From IMG/VR virus record IMGVR_UViG_3300036768_001133, positions 8,796 to 72,795 of that record: a stretch of DNA of 64,000 nt; one strand, written 5' to 3'. A program made the translations under genes and the position numbers. This document shows, piece after piece, positions 16,688 through 27,600 of the stretch; position 1 is the stretch's first letter; every line of letters starts with the position of its first letter. The notes beneath the pieces are model-generated. The model was not told the origin of the DNA. It did no database searches and was given only the letters and a program-made list of their open reading frames with translations. The stretch is from a virus.

Positions 16688-16903
16688 ATGGCAAAGGATT
16701 TATATTATCAAATAAGGGCTATCTATAATAGCCCTTATTTGGAAGAAGAAAATTATGAAATTATTATAGCTTTAATGCAAGCAGTAAACGAAGACAAGGT
16801 AAATCCTGAATATTTACTCTATAAAGCAAAACTCTTGTCGCAAGAACAAAAAGAATTTAAACAAAAACTTTGTAATTTAATTAAAGCAAAATTTTGGATA
16901 TGA
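16688..16903 (+). CDS. Hypothetical protein
   Basis: Part of ORF 16637..16903; the in-frame ATG at 16688 avoids the overlap with ssb. Confidence 0.55.
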   Translation: MAKDLYYQIRAIYNSPYLEEENYEIIIALMQAVNEDKVNPEYLLYKAKLLSQEQKEFKQKLCNLIKAKFWI

Positions 16904-17292
16904 AAGAAAACTTAAAAGAAGTTATCAGCTTTTATGAGGATATTACAAATACCTCTATAAAAGAAATAAAAAGAGCTTTATACATTTACGAAAAACTTTC
17001 TTTCGCTAAATATAAAAGTCTTTCAGTTTTTTTGCAAACTTATATGTTATCTTGGGAAAAAGATATTGCTAATATAGATATTATCAATTTTCTATATTCA
17101 GAAATCTTGTGGAATGCTAAAATAAAATTAGGAGAAAAATTATCAGATTGTATAGAAATTGTAGGTTCAAAGGAACATACAAGACTTAAAGTAAAAAAAC
17201 GAGATATGCTTCAAAAACTATTAGCAAATGAAGATTCTTATAGAGTAGAAGACTTAAAAACATTACTTGCCTTACAAAAGTATAAGTTATGA
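16894..17292 (+). CDS. Hypothetical protein
   Basis: 132-aa ORF in the operon. Confidence 0.65.
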   Translation: MDMKENLKEVISFYEDITNTSIKEIKRALYIYEKLSFAKYKSLSVFLQTYMLSWEKDIANIDIINFLYSEILWNAKIKLGEKLSDCIEIVGSKEHTRLKVKKRDMLQKLLANEDSYRVEDLKTLLALQKYKL

Positions 17293-17678
17293 ACTATGAG
17301 TATTTTTTTTTGGCAGATAAAAGCAATGAAACTCAAAGAGTATATGTTGCTGTAACTACTAATAGCAGATACTATAATCTATATCCTAATAAAGTGTATA
17401 GGTGGGAAATAGAAAATGGTATAGCAAGCCCTATAAAACGTATGAATTATACTATACCTGTGGAAGATGAAAAAGCTATACAAGCCCTTGATAATATTGT
17501 AAAATACAAACAATTAGAAAGCATACATAAAAAGTATTTGCTTTATAGATACAATAAAAACATAGATATTATACAACCACTCATACAAATTCCTTATTCT
17601 TTGAAAATAAGAATAAAAGGGAATTTTGACAAAGATAAAAAGTATGTAGAAATTTATGCTAATCCTACCTATTTATGA
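17289..17678 (+). CDS. Hypothetical protein
   Basis: 129-aa ORF with ATGA overlaps. Confidence 0.65.
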   Translation: MNYEYFFLADKSNETQRVYVAVTTNSRYYNLYPNKVYRWEIENGIASPIKRMNYTIPVEDEKAIQALDNIVKYKQLESIHKKYLLYRYNKNIDIIQPLIQIPYSLKIRIKGNFDKDKKYVEIYANPTYL

Positions 17679-17848
17679 TTGGAGAAAAAGTCTTAAAATT
17701 TTATGAAGCTTATACAGGTATAAAATACAAAATATCAGGGAAAAAACTTAAAAAATCAATAGATTTAGAGGAACTTATAAAGAAAGTAAAACAACACAAA
17801 AACTGCGATACAGAAATCTTTAACTTACTAAATTTGTTAGAATATTAA
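17675..17848 (+). CDS. Small hypothetical protein (57 aa)
   Basis: ATGA overlap with the previous stop; MIGEKVLKFYEAYTGIKYK...; fills the gap before rusA. Confidence 0.6.
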   Translation: MIGEKVLKFYEAYTGIKYKISGKKLKKSIDLEELIKKVKQHKNCDTEIFNLLNLLEY

Positions 17849-17866
17849 ACATACTATATTATACAC

Positions 17867-18280
17867 TTGGAAGAGCAAATAATATCTGTTATTAAAAACA
17901 TAGTACCATATCCTTTTGAGGACTTATGTATATTATACATAAGTCCCAAAGGGTATGTCAGACGTACAAAAGCAGATGCTTGGAAAAAGCGTAAATGCGT
18001 AATAGAATACTATGCCTATAAAGATTTACTACGTAATAGCATAGAAGGTAAATACATAGCTAATGAGGTACTTAAAGTAGTGTTCCTATTACAAGTACCA
18101 CAAAGCCTATCTAATAAAAAGAAAAATGAACTATACTATACGCCTCATAAGAAAAAGCCTGATATAGATAACTTGGTGAAAGCTCTATTAGATACCTTTC
18201 ACAAACAAGACAATATAGTGCATACTATCTATGCACATAAAATATATGCTCCTTTTAATGCTATTGTATTACTAACCTAA
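17867..18280 (+). CDS. rusA: RusA-family Holliday junction resolvase
   Basis: PHKKKPDIDNLVKALLD...QD catalytic signature. Confidence 0.88.
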   Translation: MEEQIISVIKNIVPYPFEDLCILYISPKGYVRRTKADAWKKRKCVIEYYAYKDLLRNSIEGKYIANEVLKVVFLLQVPQSLSNKKKNELYYTPHKKKPDIDNLVKALLDTFHKQDNIVHTIYAHKIYAPFNAIVLLT

Positions 18281-18293
18281 AAGTACAAATCTT

Positions 18294-18764
18294 ATGATTA
18301 CCAAAGAAATCTTAGAAGCCCTAAAAGAAATTAACCTGCAAAAAGATTTTAACGAAGAAGATAAGAAACTTATTACAAATCTTTTACAAAATAAAGTGTT
18401 TAATATCTATTACGTTATCAAACACTTGGAAAAAGATATAGACGAGTACAAAAATATTATAGACAAATACAAAAGTAAAATAAACAATACTCAACACAAA
18501 ATAGATTTTCTCAAAGACTTAATGCTTCAAGCAGTTAAACAAGAAAATATCAAATATATTACTGATGAAGATGGTGTTATACTACATACTATCTCACAAA
18601 GACAATCTTATAGTATTATCATTACTGATGAAAACAACATACCTGATAACTTCAAAAAAGTTTCTTATACTATTGACAAAAATAAATTAAAAGATTATAT
18701 TGCAGAAGGTAATATCGTAGAAGGTTGTTATATTGAAACAAAAGACTATTTAACCATTCACTAA
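18294..18764 (+). CDS. Siphovirus Gp157-like protein
   Basis: Coiled coil followed by I.DENNIPDNF.....IDKNKLKDYI.EG.IVEG pattern. Confidence 0.75.
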   Translation: MITKEILEALKEINLQKDFNEEDKKLITNLLQNKVFNIYYVIKHLEKDIDEYKNIIDKYKSKINNTQHKIDFLKDLMLQAVKQENIKYITDEDGVILHTISQRQSYSIIITDENNIPDNFKKVSYTIDKNKLKDYIAEGNIVEGCYIETKDYLTIH

Positions 18765-18766
18765 CT

Positions 18767-18949
18767 ATGCAACAAACACAATCTCTTAAAACTGTTCAAA
18801 CACAAGATATTGAACAACTATTTGAAAAAAATAAAGAAGAAATACTTAAAAAAATTTTTGATATTAAGGATAAATATGGGCTTTCTTACAAAGAACTGAC
18901 CTATGAAATCGTTAAATTCCTTTACCAAGAAATATATTTGTTTAGATGA
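18767..18949 (+). CDS. Hypothetical protein
   Basis: 60-aa ORF, tightly packed. Confidence 0.55.
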   Translation: MQQTQSLKTVQTQDIEQLFEKNKEEILKKIFDIKDKYGLSYKELTYEIVKFLYQEIYLFR

Positions 18950-19629
18950 TTTACGTAAGCTTAGAACCTATACCAAAAGATTTTATTAAAACCAATGACA
19001 ATTATGTCCTCATCTATAATGATATAGATGAGAACTGCTTAAAATATAAAACCTTTCAAGATAAAGAAACTTTATATCAATCATATTACGAAAAAATACA
19101 TCAAGGATATTGTATCATCATCCACGGACAAGATGATTTTGCTAAACTAATGACCTTTGATAGCAATAAAATACATACCGAATGTATAAATAGCATATTT
19201 ATTTTGCCAAGCATCTATCAAGGTATGGAAAACTATAATCTGTCTGATATATTACGTATTACTGCCTTACAAAACGTTTTTACTAAACAATATGTAGAAA
19301 ATATTATACGCAATAATGTAATCTTTCAAACCGAAGGTATATTGCAAAACGTATCTTACGAGCTTTGCAAATCTGTTTTGTTACCTAATAAAACTATCAA
19401 AGATGTAAGATATGCAGGATTTATACTTTCATATGAACTTAAAAATATAGAAACATACGGAGAATTAAGATTTTCATCTGTCTCTGCAACTGATATAAAA
19501 GATTTAGAACTATACAATTTCTTTAACTATATGCTTGATAAATCTAATGATACTTTTATATTTGGCGATACAAATACACTTATCATTCATAAAAAAAATA
19601 TAATGAATCAAGGATACTTAATACTATGA
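18946..19629 (+). CDS. Hypothetical protein
   Basis: 227-aa ORF with ATGA overlaps. Confidence 0.7.
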   Translation: MIYVSLEPIPKDFIKTNDNYVLIYNDIDENCLKYKTFQDKETLYQSYYEKIHQGYCIIIHGQDDFAKLMTFDSNKIHTECINSIFILPSIYQGMENYNLSDILRITALQNVFTKQYVENIIRNNVIFQTEGILQNVSYELCKSVLLPNKTIKDVRYAGFILSYELKNIETYGELRFSSVSATDIKDLELYNFFNYMLDKSNDTFIFGDTNTLIIHKKNIMNQGYLIL

Positions 19630-19844
19630 AAAAAGACATCAATCCAAAAGCTATCTTGCAAGGAACAAAAAACTTTTTGTTCAAAGATGATAAAATAGAA
19701 GAAAAAGCAAAAGAAAGACTTGCTATCTGTCAAGTATGCGAACATAATAGCCAAAAGAAAATTGCTACTTGCAATATCTGCGGTTGCATACTTGTCCTTA
19801 AAACAAGACAAGATGAACAAAAATGCCCTATAAACAAATGGTAA
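19626..19844 (+). CDS. Small Cys-rich Zn-finger protein (DUF6171-like)
   Basis: RLAICQVCEH...CNICGCIL.LKT......CPINKW. Confidence 0.7.
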   Translation: MKKDINPKAILQGTKNFLFKDDKIEEKAKERLAICQVCEHNSQKKIATCNICGCILVLKTRQDEQKCPINKW

Positions 19845-20332
19845 CACAATTGCCTAAGATTCTGCAAACTCAATATATCATCAATGAATATAATAGTTTG
19901 TATAATACTATATCCCAAAAACTATTAGATAAGTTTGGGATAACTATTAGTATCTACGAACTGCAAAGTATCTATAATACCTACATTACTAAACAATTGC
20001 AAGATGAAAAACAAAAAGATATTTGCGATTTTTTAATGAAAGGCTTTGATGTACAATACTTGTTTTCAGTTTATAGTTTTGATATAAAATATTTACTTGA
20101 CTTGCATAAAACAATTAAATATCTTGAAAATAAAAATATCTCTATTCATACTTTACTTATAGCACAAGACTATTTTGTAGAATATTTAAAGACATCATAT
20201 ACACATACCTATCATTTAGAAGAACTACCTGACTATCTATACAATGCTATTGATTGGAAAGTAGTTGCTGAATACCTAAAAAAAGATTATCACAAAATAG
20301 AAATCTTTAACCAATCCTACTATTACAAATGA
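19823..20332 (+). CDS. Hypothetical protein with ArdA-like C-terminal segment
   Basis: ELPDYLYNAIDWKVVAEYLKKDY resembles the ArdA C-terminal P..L..YID....A.DL..D pattern. Confidence 0.45.
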   Translation: MPYKQMVTQLPKILQTQYIINEYNSLYNTISQKLLDKFGITISIYELQSIYNTYITKQLQDEKQKDICDFLMKGFDVQYLFSVYSFDIKYLLDLHKTIKYLENKNISIHTLLIAQDYFVEYLKTSYTHTYHLEELPDYLYNAIDWKVVAEYLKKDYHKIEIFNQSYYYK

Positions 20333-20646
20333 AACAAACAATTGGATTAGACATCTACTTTGAAGTAGTAGAAGAATATTCAAAAGGAGATTATTATACA
20401 CCTGAATACTATTGCTGGGGTTATGATAACCTCGTTATCTTACTCAATGATAATGATGTTACTAAACTATTTGAAGACCATAAAAACGTGCAAACAGCAA
20501 TATATAGATACGCAGATAAATACTACCATAAAGACAAGGTAGAAACAAGTGTAGTAATAGATATAGATGTAGAAATAAATAATGATAGGATATTTTACAA
20601 AAATGTAGATATTACAGACTATCTTATAGATTGCTTCATTGAGTAA
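20329..20646 (+). CDS. Hypothetical acidic protein, last gene of the plus arm
   Basis: 105-aa ORF with a GDYYTP motif. Confidence 0.65.
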   Translation: MKQTIGLDIYFEVVEEYSKGDYYTPEYYCWGYDNLVILLNDNDVTKLFEDHKNVQTAIYRYADKYYHKDKVETSVVIDIDVEINNDRIFYKNVDITDYLIDCFIE

Positions 20647-20670
20647 CTTATAGATTGCTTCATTGAGTAA
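20623..20670. repeat. Perfect 24-bp tandem duplication
   Basis: cttatagattgcttcattgagtaa twice (20623-20646, 20647-20670). Confidence 0.95.
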
Positions 20671-20700
20671 AGGGTAACCCCCTTTACTCAATTTTTTTTT
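20662..20700 (+). terminator. Terminator at the convergence of the two arms
   Basis: attgagtaaaggg-taacc-ccctttactcaat 13-bp stem followed by a T run. Confidence 0.8.
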
Positions 20701-20992
20701 CTTCATCACAACAAGACCCTTTGCTACTTTTAATATACTTAGATAGCTCTTCTATGTTTTCCTTACTTATCTCAATTAACTCTATCCCTTCTTTATCCTT
20801 TAACAATTGAAATAAATAATATGTATAACCATTAAAATCCCAAGAACCCTTTTGTTTAATATATTCTATTACCTTTAAATCGTCTCTGTAAAAGTCATTC
20901 CAAAACCAATCTCTTAATCCTTTCTCTCCTACTACTAAATAACCTTTACCTATTTCATTAAAATACAAATAAATGTGTTCTCTTCCTTCCAT
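20684..20992 (-). CDS. Hypothetical protein, last gene of the late arm
   Basis: 102-aa ORF. Confidence 0.65.
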   Translation of the reverse strand: MEGREHIYLYFNEIGKGYLVVGEKGLRDWFWNDFYRDDLKVIEYIKQKGSWDFNGYTYYLFQLLKDKEGIELIEISKENIEELSKYIKSSKGSCCDEEKKIE

Positions 20993-21004
20993 ATAAATAT
21001 TTTA

Positions 21005-21556
21005 TTAACATGGAGAACAAAAAGTATAACTATAATTTTGAAATGTTAAATTCACTAAATAATATACTTCATTGATGCCTGTTACAAAAATATAAGGCAA
21101 TGATGTCACTGGTATAACATATGTATTAACAGGTGATAATGTGTTATCGTATGTATAAATTGTTACAGTGCTTATCTCTACATTATTTACATCTGTACAA
21201 TATCTATCTGCTGTAATGCAACAAACCCAATTAGATCCGTCCCAATATAGCATAGTACAAAACCCAGATAAATACGTATTTACTAATGAACTATAAATAT
21301 ATGTTGGAACTATATCTACTGTTATTGTATTAGAAACTCCTGTATTTAATCCTGTATTTCCCCAGGTAGGCATTGCATAATTATTACTTGAAAACACGCC
21401 TGTAAAACTACCATTGCTATTGCTAACATCTACATTTATACTAAAATAATCAGAAGCATAAGGCGAGTAAAATGTAGTAGAAAACCCAAATCGTATTTCA
21501 TCAGATAAAGGCGGAGGAACAATACCCTTTTTCTTATGATACTGAATAAATTTCAT
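21005..21556 (-). CDS. Putative tail/receptor-binding accessory protein
   Basis: S/T/N/Y-rich beta-type composition, downstream of a tail-fibre-like gene. Confidence 0.5.
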   Translation of the reverse strand: MKFIQYHKKKGIVPPPLSDEIRFGFSTTFYSPYASDYFSINVDVSNSNGSFTGVFSSNNYAMPTWGNTGLNTGVSNTITVDIVPTYIYSSLVNTYLSGFCTMLYWDGSNWVCCITADRYCTDVNNVEISTVTIYTYDNTLSPVNTYVIPVTSLPYIFVTGINEVYYLVNLTFQNYSYTFCSPC

Positions 21557-21569
21557 AATACGTAATAAA

Positions 21570-22475
21570 TTATACTCTTAATAAGCTAAACAAAGCTACA
21601 CCTTCCGTACCATACGATATACTAAACTGAAAAGCAAAAGGCGTATTAGCAAGTATAACAAATGGCAAAGAGGTAAGTAAGTTTATATTTGGGTCTACAT
21701 ACAAAAGATTTGGATGAACATCAAAAGGCATAACTACATAAAACGTTTCAGGATTTTGTGTAACGTGAAATGTAACATAATAAGGTAAGTTTTGCCAACT
21801 ATATTGAAACTGACCGCTACCTGTTTTTACTAATACATCATTTACATTTCCACTTGGAAATAAAAACTGCCAACTATAATCCGTAGGTGATAAGCTATTT
21901 CTAACTAATACCTGTTCTGCTAAACCGCTTGGTAATGGATACTGCCAACTATAATCATTGTTTAAATTGCTATTTTTAGTTAATACTTGACCTGTTAATC
22001 CCCCAGGTATGTCAGTTGTAGTTAACGAATTAACAAGTTCATTTTCTAACCAAGCAATAAAATCAGGGTGCAATTCTACAATAAATACATTTCGCTTATT
22101 GTAATTTATATCTTCTGATACATTACTTGCTATTCTTACATTTACTATCTCACCATTGTAGGTCGTAATATTCCCAATAATACTTTGCAATACGTCCTTT
22201 ACTTCTGGCAATTGATAAGGCATTATTGCCTTTGTCTTTGTTGTTAAATCTGTCTCATCATAATTCTTTGCCTCTGCATCTGTACTCCTATGCACTAATC
22301 CCTGCATATCTATTTTTGCCCTATCATTTTCTTCCAAAAAGAAAGGAACACTTTCAAATAAGTTTCTGTATGTTTCTTCCGTAGGTTGGTCATACTTCAA
22401 AAACCTCTCACCAGGGTTTGTAAGCGTAGCCGTTACCTGAAAAAACCAATTTCTTAATCGCTTTAATATAGGCAT
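21570..22475 (-). CDS. Putative tail fibre protein
   Basis: Three ~26-aa repeats P.G..(G/E/N)(Q/D)VL.(K/R).......YSWQ, typical of fibre shafts. Confidence 0.65.
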   Translation of the reverse strand: MPILKRLRNWFFQVTATLTNPGERFLKYDQPTEETYRNLFESVPFFLEENDRAKIDMQGLVHRSTDAEAKNYDETDLTTKTKAIMPYQLPEVKDVLQSIIGNITTYNGEIVNVRIASNVSEDINYNKRNVFIVELHPDFIAWLENELVNSLTTTDIPGGLTGQVLTKNSNLNNDYSWQYPLPSGLAEQVLVRNSLSPTDYSWQFLFPSGNVNDVLVKTGSGQFQYSWQNLPYYVTFHVTQNPETFYVVMPFDVHPNLLYVDPNINLLTSLPFVILANTPFAFQFSISYGTEGVALFSLLRV

Positions 22476-22486
22476 ATACTTATCAT

Positions 22487-22792
22487 TTAATAAGAAATCA
22501 AATCTATTTCTATAATATCTATATTTACCCCTTTCAGTTTCTTTAACCTATCCCTTAACTTTTCTAAATCAAAATTACAATCTTCTAAACAAGCTATTAA
22601 CTCATCTGCTTCTAAATTTGGATACCTGCTTATCAAATAGTCTTCATAAAACACTATTTTTGTTAAATCATACAAAACCTTTAACGCACTCTTTTTATTA
22701 CCTGTTATAGAATACTTATAGTATAAGTCTAATAGTTTAGACCTTAATTTGATGAAAAATGTACGAACATACAATAATAAATCCTTACTCAT
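22487..22792 (-). CDS. Hypothetical virion-module protein
   Basis: 101-aa ORF in the tail operon. Confidence 0.65.
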   Translation of the reverse strand: MSKDLLLYVRTFFIKLRSKLLDLYYKYSITGNKKSALKVLYDLTKIVFYEDYLISRYPNLEADELIACLEDCNFDLEKLRDRLKKLKGVNIDIIEIDLISY

Positions 22793-23072
22793 TTACTATT
22801 ACCTTTATACAATCTATATCTCCATTGTTTATGAAATATACATAATATAACTCACTACATTCTGCAAAATTACAATTCATATGCTCTTCATAAGAAACAT
22901 TGAACCCTTTGTTATTTAGAGCTTGAACCATAGAACCTCCTATAAAGTAATAATCATAAGCTAAATGTTTAGCATCTTCTATGTCAAAAACAGATAACTC
23001 AAAATCACAATCTACAAAAGATTGCAAAGGAATATAAGTAACTAATGCTTTTTTATTTCTAATTGCTGCCAT
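22785..23072 (-). CDS. Hypothetical virion-module protein
   Basis: 95-aa ORF in the tail operon. Confidence 0.65.
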   Translation of the reverse strand: MAAIRNKKALVTYIPLQSFVDCDFELSVFDIEDAKHLAYDYYFIGGSMVQALNNKGFNVSYEEHMNCNFAECSELYYVYFINNGDIDCIKVIVNE

Positions 23073-23073
23073 A

Positions 23074-24621
23074 TTATTTACAACATTTCTTGTCTGCTTC
23101 GTTAATTACTGATGTACAAGCCTCGCAAATCTCTCTTAAACGCTTTATCACTTTATCTATCTCTACAAATCGTAAATTCTCTATATTAGATAAACTTGTA
23201 TCTATTATATGAATAGGGTGCTGTAAAGTGTAAAACTCTAATAATAACTTGTACAACGTATAAAAAGCACTTACCATATAATAAAAACGCTCATTTTCTA
23301 CTACATCTAACTTATCACTGCAATACAACTTTTCTGATAAAGCTAAATAACATTCTTTAATCTTACAGAAATGTACTACTATAAATCGCTTCTCCTCAAA
23401 TCCATTATTTACTACAATCTCATATATGCCGTCTTCTATATCTAATAATATACCATCTTCTTCCAATGATATACTATTGCTTAATTGATAATGTGAATAT
23501 GAAGGGTTATATGTATAGCTATCTACATTATTAACAACAGATATAGTAACTATATCCTCATCTTTAATATAATCACGTATTACTATATCATAAGTATCAT
23601 TACATAAAACCAAATTATATTTCTTACATTCTTCTGTTACAAATAACTCTATATCATCAAGTACCCAAAACTCTTTAATTACTTCATATTCCCCACATAT
23701 TGTTTCTATTACTGCTCTTAATTTATACTTACCTAATTCATCAAAAGTATAAGTAAATGTCAAAGCTGATAAAAAAGCACTTAATTGAGCAGGGGTAAAA
23801 TTAAGTGGTAAGCTAATAGTGTTTGTGTATAATACCTGATTATCAAAATCAATAAGCTCTAATGTAATTGTAACAGGTGGTAAGAATGGTATTAAGACAT
23901 AACTATTTGTCAATTGGTCATATATCCATAAATCTTCACGAACACATACATTTACTAAACTAAAATCTATTGGATTATCTACTACAATATACCATAATTC
24001 TTGATTAAAAAACTTGCTATCTTGAAAATCTATAAATGGATATATTTTAGTGTAACACAAGTCGTGGTCAAATGTCCATTCAGGCTGACATAAACATTCA
24101 TTGCAAGGTATCTCTATTGTCCTAATATCACTACAAGGGGGATATACCACAGGCGAACAACAACACGAGGGTATCTCTTCACTTGCTATTGTAAATTCAC
24201 CACAAGCTAAATATTCAGGAATAGGGATTACACTCCCTTGCCCTATTAAAGTCGTTCCCTTATATACATTTAATTTAGTAGGACTTGAACTTGTTTTGTA
24301 TAATTGCTTATGATTATTACAAGGATTGTCTATAATTAAAAAACTTGCATTACAACAATTATTAACAAACTCATCTTTACATTCCAAAGGTATTAGTGTT
24401 ATCTGAAAATTTAAATCTATGCTGTAATGCTGAAATACATTTGTGTAACTATGATACCCTAATACTTCTATATGAACAACAAAACTTTCATTGTCAGGCA
24501 AAGAAAATACTCCTATATTACTCCCTGAAAAACTATAATTTGTACTTGCTGTTATGTCAAATACATTTGTTAAAAGTGGGTTTGATAGTTCATCTACTAC
24601 GGATATAGCTATGTTTGCCAT
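23074..24621 (-). CDS. Cys-rich putative tail hub/fibre-attachment protein
   Basis: 515 aa, beta-rich N-terminal part and helical Cys-containing C-terminus ending KKCCK; first gene after a host-type promoter. Confidence 0.55.
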   Translation of the reverse strand: MANIAISVVDELSNPLLTNVFDITASTNYSFSGSNIGVFSLPDNESFVVHIEVLGYHSYTNVFQHYSIDLNFQITLIPLECKDEFVNNCCNASFLIIDNPCNNHKQLYKTSSSPTKLNVYKGTTLIGQGSVIPIPEYLACGEFTIASEEIPSCCCSPVVYPPCSDIRTIEIPCNECLCQPEWTFDHDLCYTKIYPFIDFQDSKFFNQELWYIVVDNPIDFSLVNVCVREDLWIYDQLTNSYVLIPFLPPVTITLELIDFDNQVLYTNTISLPLNFTPAQLSAFLSALTFTYTFDELGKYKLRAVIETICGEYEVIKEFWVLDDIELFVTEECKKYNLVLCNDTYDIVIRDYIKDEDIVTISVVNNVDSYTYNPSYSHYQLSNSISLEEDGILLDIEDGIYEIVVNNGFEEKRFIVVHFCKIKECYLALSEKLYCSDKLDVVENERFYYMVSAFYTLYKLLLEFYTLQHPIHIIDTSLSNIENLRFVEIDKVIKRLREICEACTSVINEADKKCCK

Positions 24622-24645
24622 AAATGAAAGCTTTATCTATCACAA

Positions 24646-24676
24646 CAAATATACATCTTTTTGCACAATATCCAAA
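24646..24676 (-). promoter_or_regulatory. Bacteroidota-type promoter for the tail operon
   Basis: The minus strand reads TTTG-N19-TATATTTG, 25 bp upstream of the start at 24621. Confidence 0.8.
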
Positions 24677-24683
24677 AATATTT

Positions 24684-27600
24684 TTATTCTATCTCTAACC
24701 ATTCATCTATATCGTCCTTTAATCTTTGCTCATCTTCCTGTAATCCTTTTCTTATCTCTTTATTTAAGTTATGATACCCTTCTCCATTAAAGGCTTTGTA
24801 AAACTCCTCTACACTATTTAATACCCCTACACTATTCATTGTCTTTCTAAACCCTTTATCAAAATCTAATGTTAGCCAATACCAAGTTGCTTCTGCTAAA
24901 TTGCCTACCCCCTTTACACTAACAAGACCATTCAAGTTAAATATACCCGTGGGCGATAATACTCCAAATATGTTCATATCAGAATAAATGTTTCGTAAGA
25001 TATTAAATAAAAATCTTCTACGCTCTACATAATCTCTATCCCTTTCTTTTTCTTCATCATCAAGCATCATAAAAGCTAAAAACATAGACATTGTATAAAT
25101 GATATTACTTACTGCCCAACGTAACGAACTCATCTGCTCTTCTGAAAATTGCTCCTTTAATATTCTTGTATTTCTTGTTTTTAACACAATAATTAAACTT
25201 CTTAACAAAGTACGTATAATACTTTCTTCATAAGGCATTAACTCTACTACTTCTCGCTTACCTTTGTCATTAACAACTTCTAACCTTTTATAGTTAAAGT
25301 TTCTACCTTTGGGTTTAAGCACATTGTTAATAAAAGGCATATTGAATAGCTTAAACTTTAATAAAGCTCTACCAAAAGGAATACTGCTTAAATATACTTG
25401 GCTACCTTCTGTTAACCCTGCACCTACTCTATTTAAGATTAGTTCTATTCTTCTTATTTGGTTAGCATCATAAGCATCATTCAAATCCCCTTTACCTTGC
25501 AAACCTTGTTTTATTCTATTTTCTAATATGTATTCTTTTAGTTCGTTTGCTCTTTTGTCTTTTCTTTTATCATATACTAACTCTTTCATACCATTTACTT
25601 CTTGTAAGCTATATGCTTCCCAAGTTCCTTCTTTTATCATCTGTGCAGTAAGCACTAATAACTTGATATACATATCGCTCATTTTATCTCCCATAAAGAA
25701 CATATCCATACCTGCTCTTGTGTTAAACATATCTCTTTGTGTTGTTCCTATGCGTTTAGATACTACCCAACGAAGCTGGTCTTCATTTACAAATTGAAAT
25801 TTCTCTGCAAGAAAGAAAGCCTTTTCCATATTAAATGGTAATATCTTAACTGCCTTTGCAAGCTCCTTTGTTCCAAATACATCTTTCCTGCCTGCAAAGG
25901 TACTTGCAATTATCTTGTTAATACTTACAATAAAGGCTTTTGTGTTGCTGGATATATTTAAAGCTAAAGCCGCAAGCGTAGACACACTTTCAGCTATTAA
26001 ACCTGTCTTTTCAATAGACCTCGTTAAAGCATCCTTAGCAAACTTAATACGCTCATTAAATAATACTTTTTGTGCAAAACTATCTATCAGCTCTATAATA
26101 TTACTTTGCTCTCTACCTGTTTCTATTTGTCTTAACTTTGACATTATACGAGCTATGTTCCAAGCTGTCTTGGTATCTTGCAATATCCCATATCGTTCTG
26201 TATTGATGTAGAAAAAGTTTAAAATGCTTCTCAAATCTGTACTTAACTTTTTGTTTAAGTTAATATCTAATTGTCCATTTGCTTTGCCTATAATGCCATC
26301 TCTTACAGCTGTACTACCTAAACTATTTACCATTGAATATAACATTAAAGGCAAATCTGAATAGTCTTTGGCTTTTGAAGTCCGTTGATTGCCTGATAGT
26401 ATATTTTCAAAGTTTTGCAATGAACTTTCTGCACTTTCAGAAAGTAAAGAAAAATCATCTACCTTAAACATAGGTGGTACTAAATATTTAGCAATATGCT
26501 CTATCTCTTTATACTTTAATACCCCTTCTTCACTACCAAACCTATGCTTAAAAGCCTGTAAATACAACTCGCTCAATAAATCACTATAACGCTCTATAAA
26601 TTTTCTTTCAGCATTATTTAATTGCTTCCATTCAGGGTCAATAGGTTTGATAAGTTCAAAAGTATTAAACTTTTCTACTTTACCATTAACAACTACATCT
26701 TGATACTTAAACAAATGTTCATAAAACTTGCCTTCATTATTTGTAAAAGCTATACCTTGTATTTTACTTTTATATTCAGCAAATACATTATCTACTCTTC
26801 TTACATATTCATCAAATTTCTTTTTAAGTAATAGCTTTGCATTGTTATATTTTTCATACAAGAAATTAAAATAAGGGTTTTTGTTTTCTATGTCAGTAGT
26901 AATATAAGAACTAATTTTAGCTAAATCATCTAAACTATTGTAAGCATCTTTGTTATTAGTAACCAAAGAAAAGTATGTTTTCACTAAATAGTAAAACTCT
27001 AAATATAGATTGTCAGAATAAACATTTTTGTAGTTTATTTCTTCTTGTATGTTAGGATACCTTTTAAGAATTTGTTTTATCCTGCTTTCAATAGCATACA
27101 AAAGCGTTTGTGTATCTTTGCCTAATAAATAGTCTTCTATAAAAGTTGGGAAATCTTTGGTGTCAATAGAACTAACATTGGTATAATACCCTTCTAAAAA
27201 CGATAGATAGTCAGGCATTAAACGACTGCTATCATCTATTTTATAGCTATCTTTCAATATACGTTCTAAATGCAAACTATTAAGTACAAACTTATTTTGA
27301 AAATTACTTTGTAACAACAATCTTAATCTTTCGTTGTATTCATTAGGAAATACTTTTCTAATCATAAAAGAACTATCACTTTCGCTCAAACTCTTTACTA
27401 ATCCTAAATCTCCTATTTGAGCATTAGCATTTTTAGCAAGTAGTATTTTAGCAAGTATAATAGTTTGATAAGATAAAGTATCTTCCAAAGTATAGTTTTC
27501 TCCTTCCAATCCATAAGCAAATTTCTCTATCATTTTAGAAAACTTATTTATGAAACCTGTACTTTGGTGGTATCTATCTTTCCAATTATATCCCTTGTTT

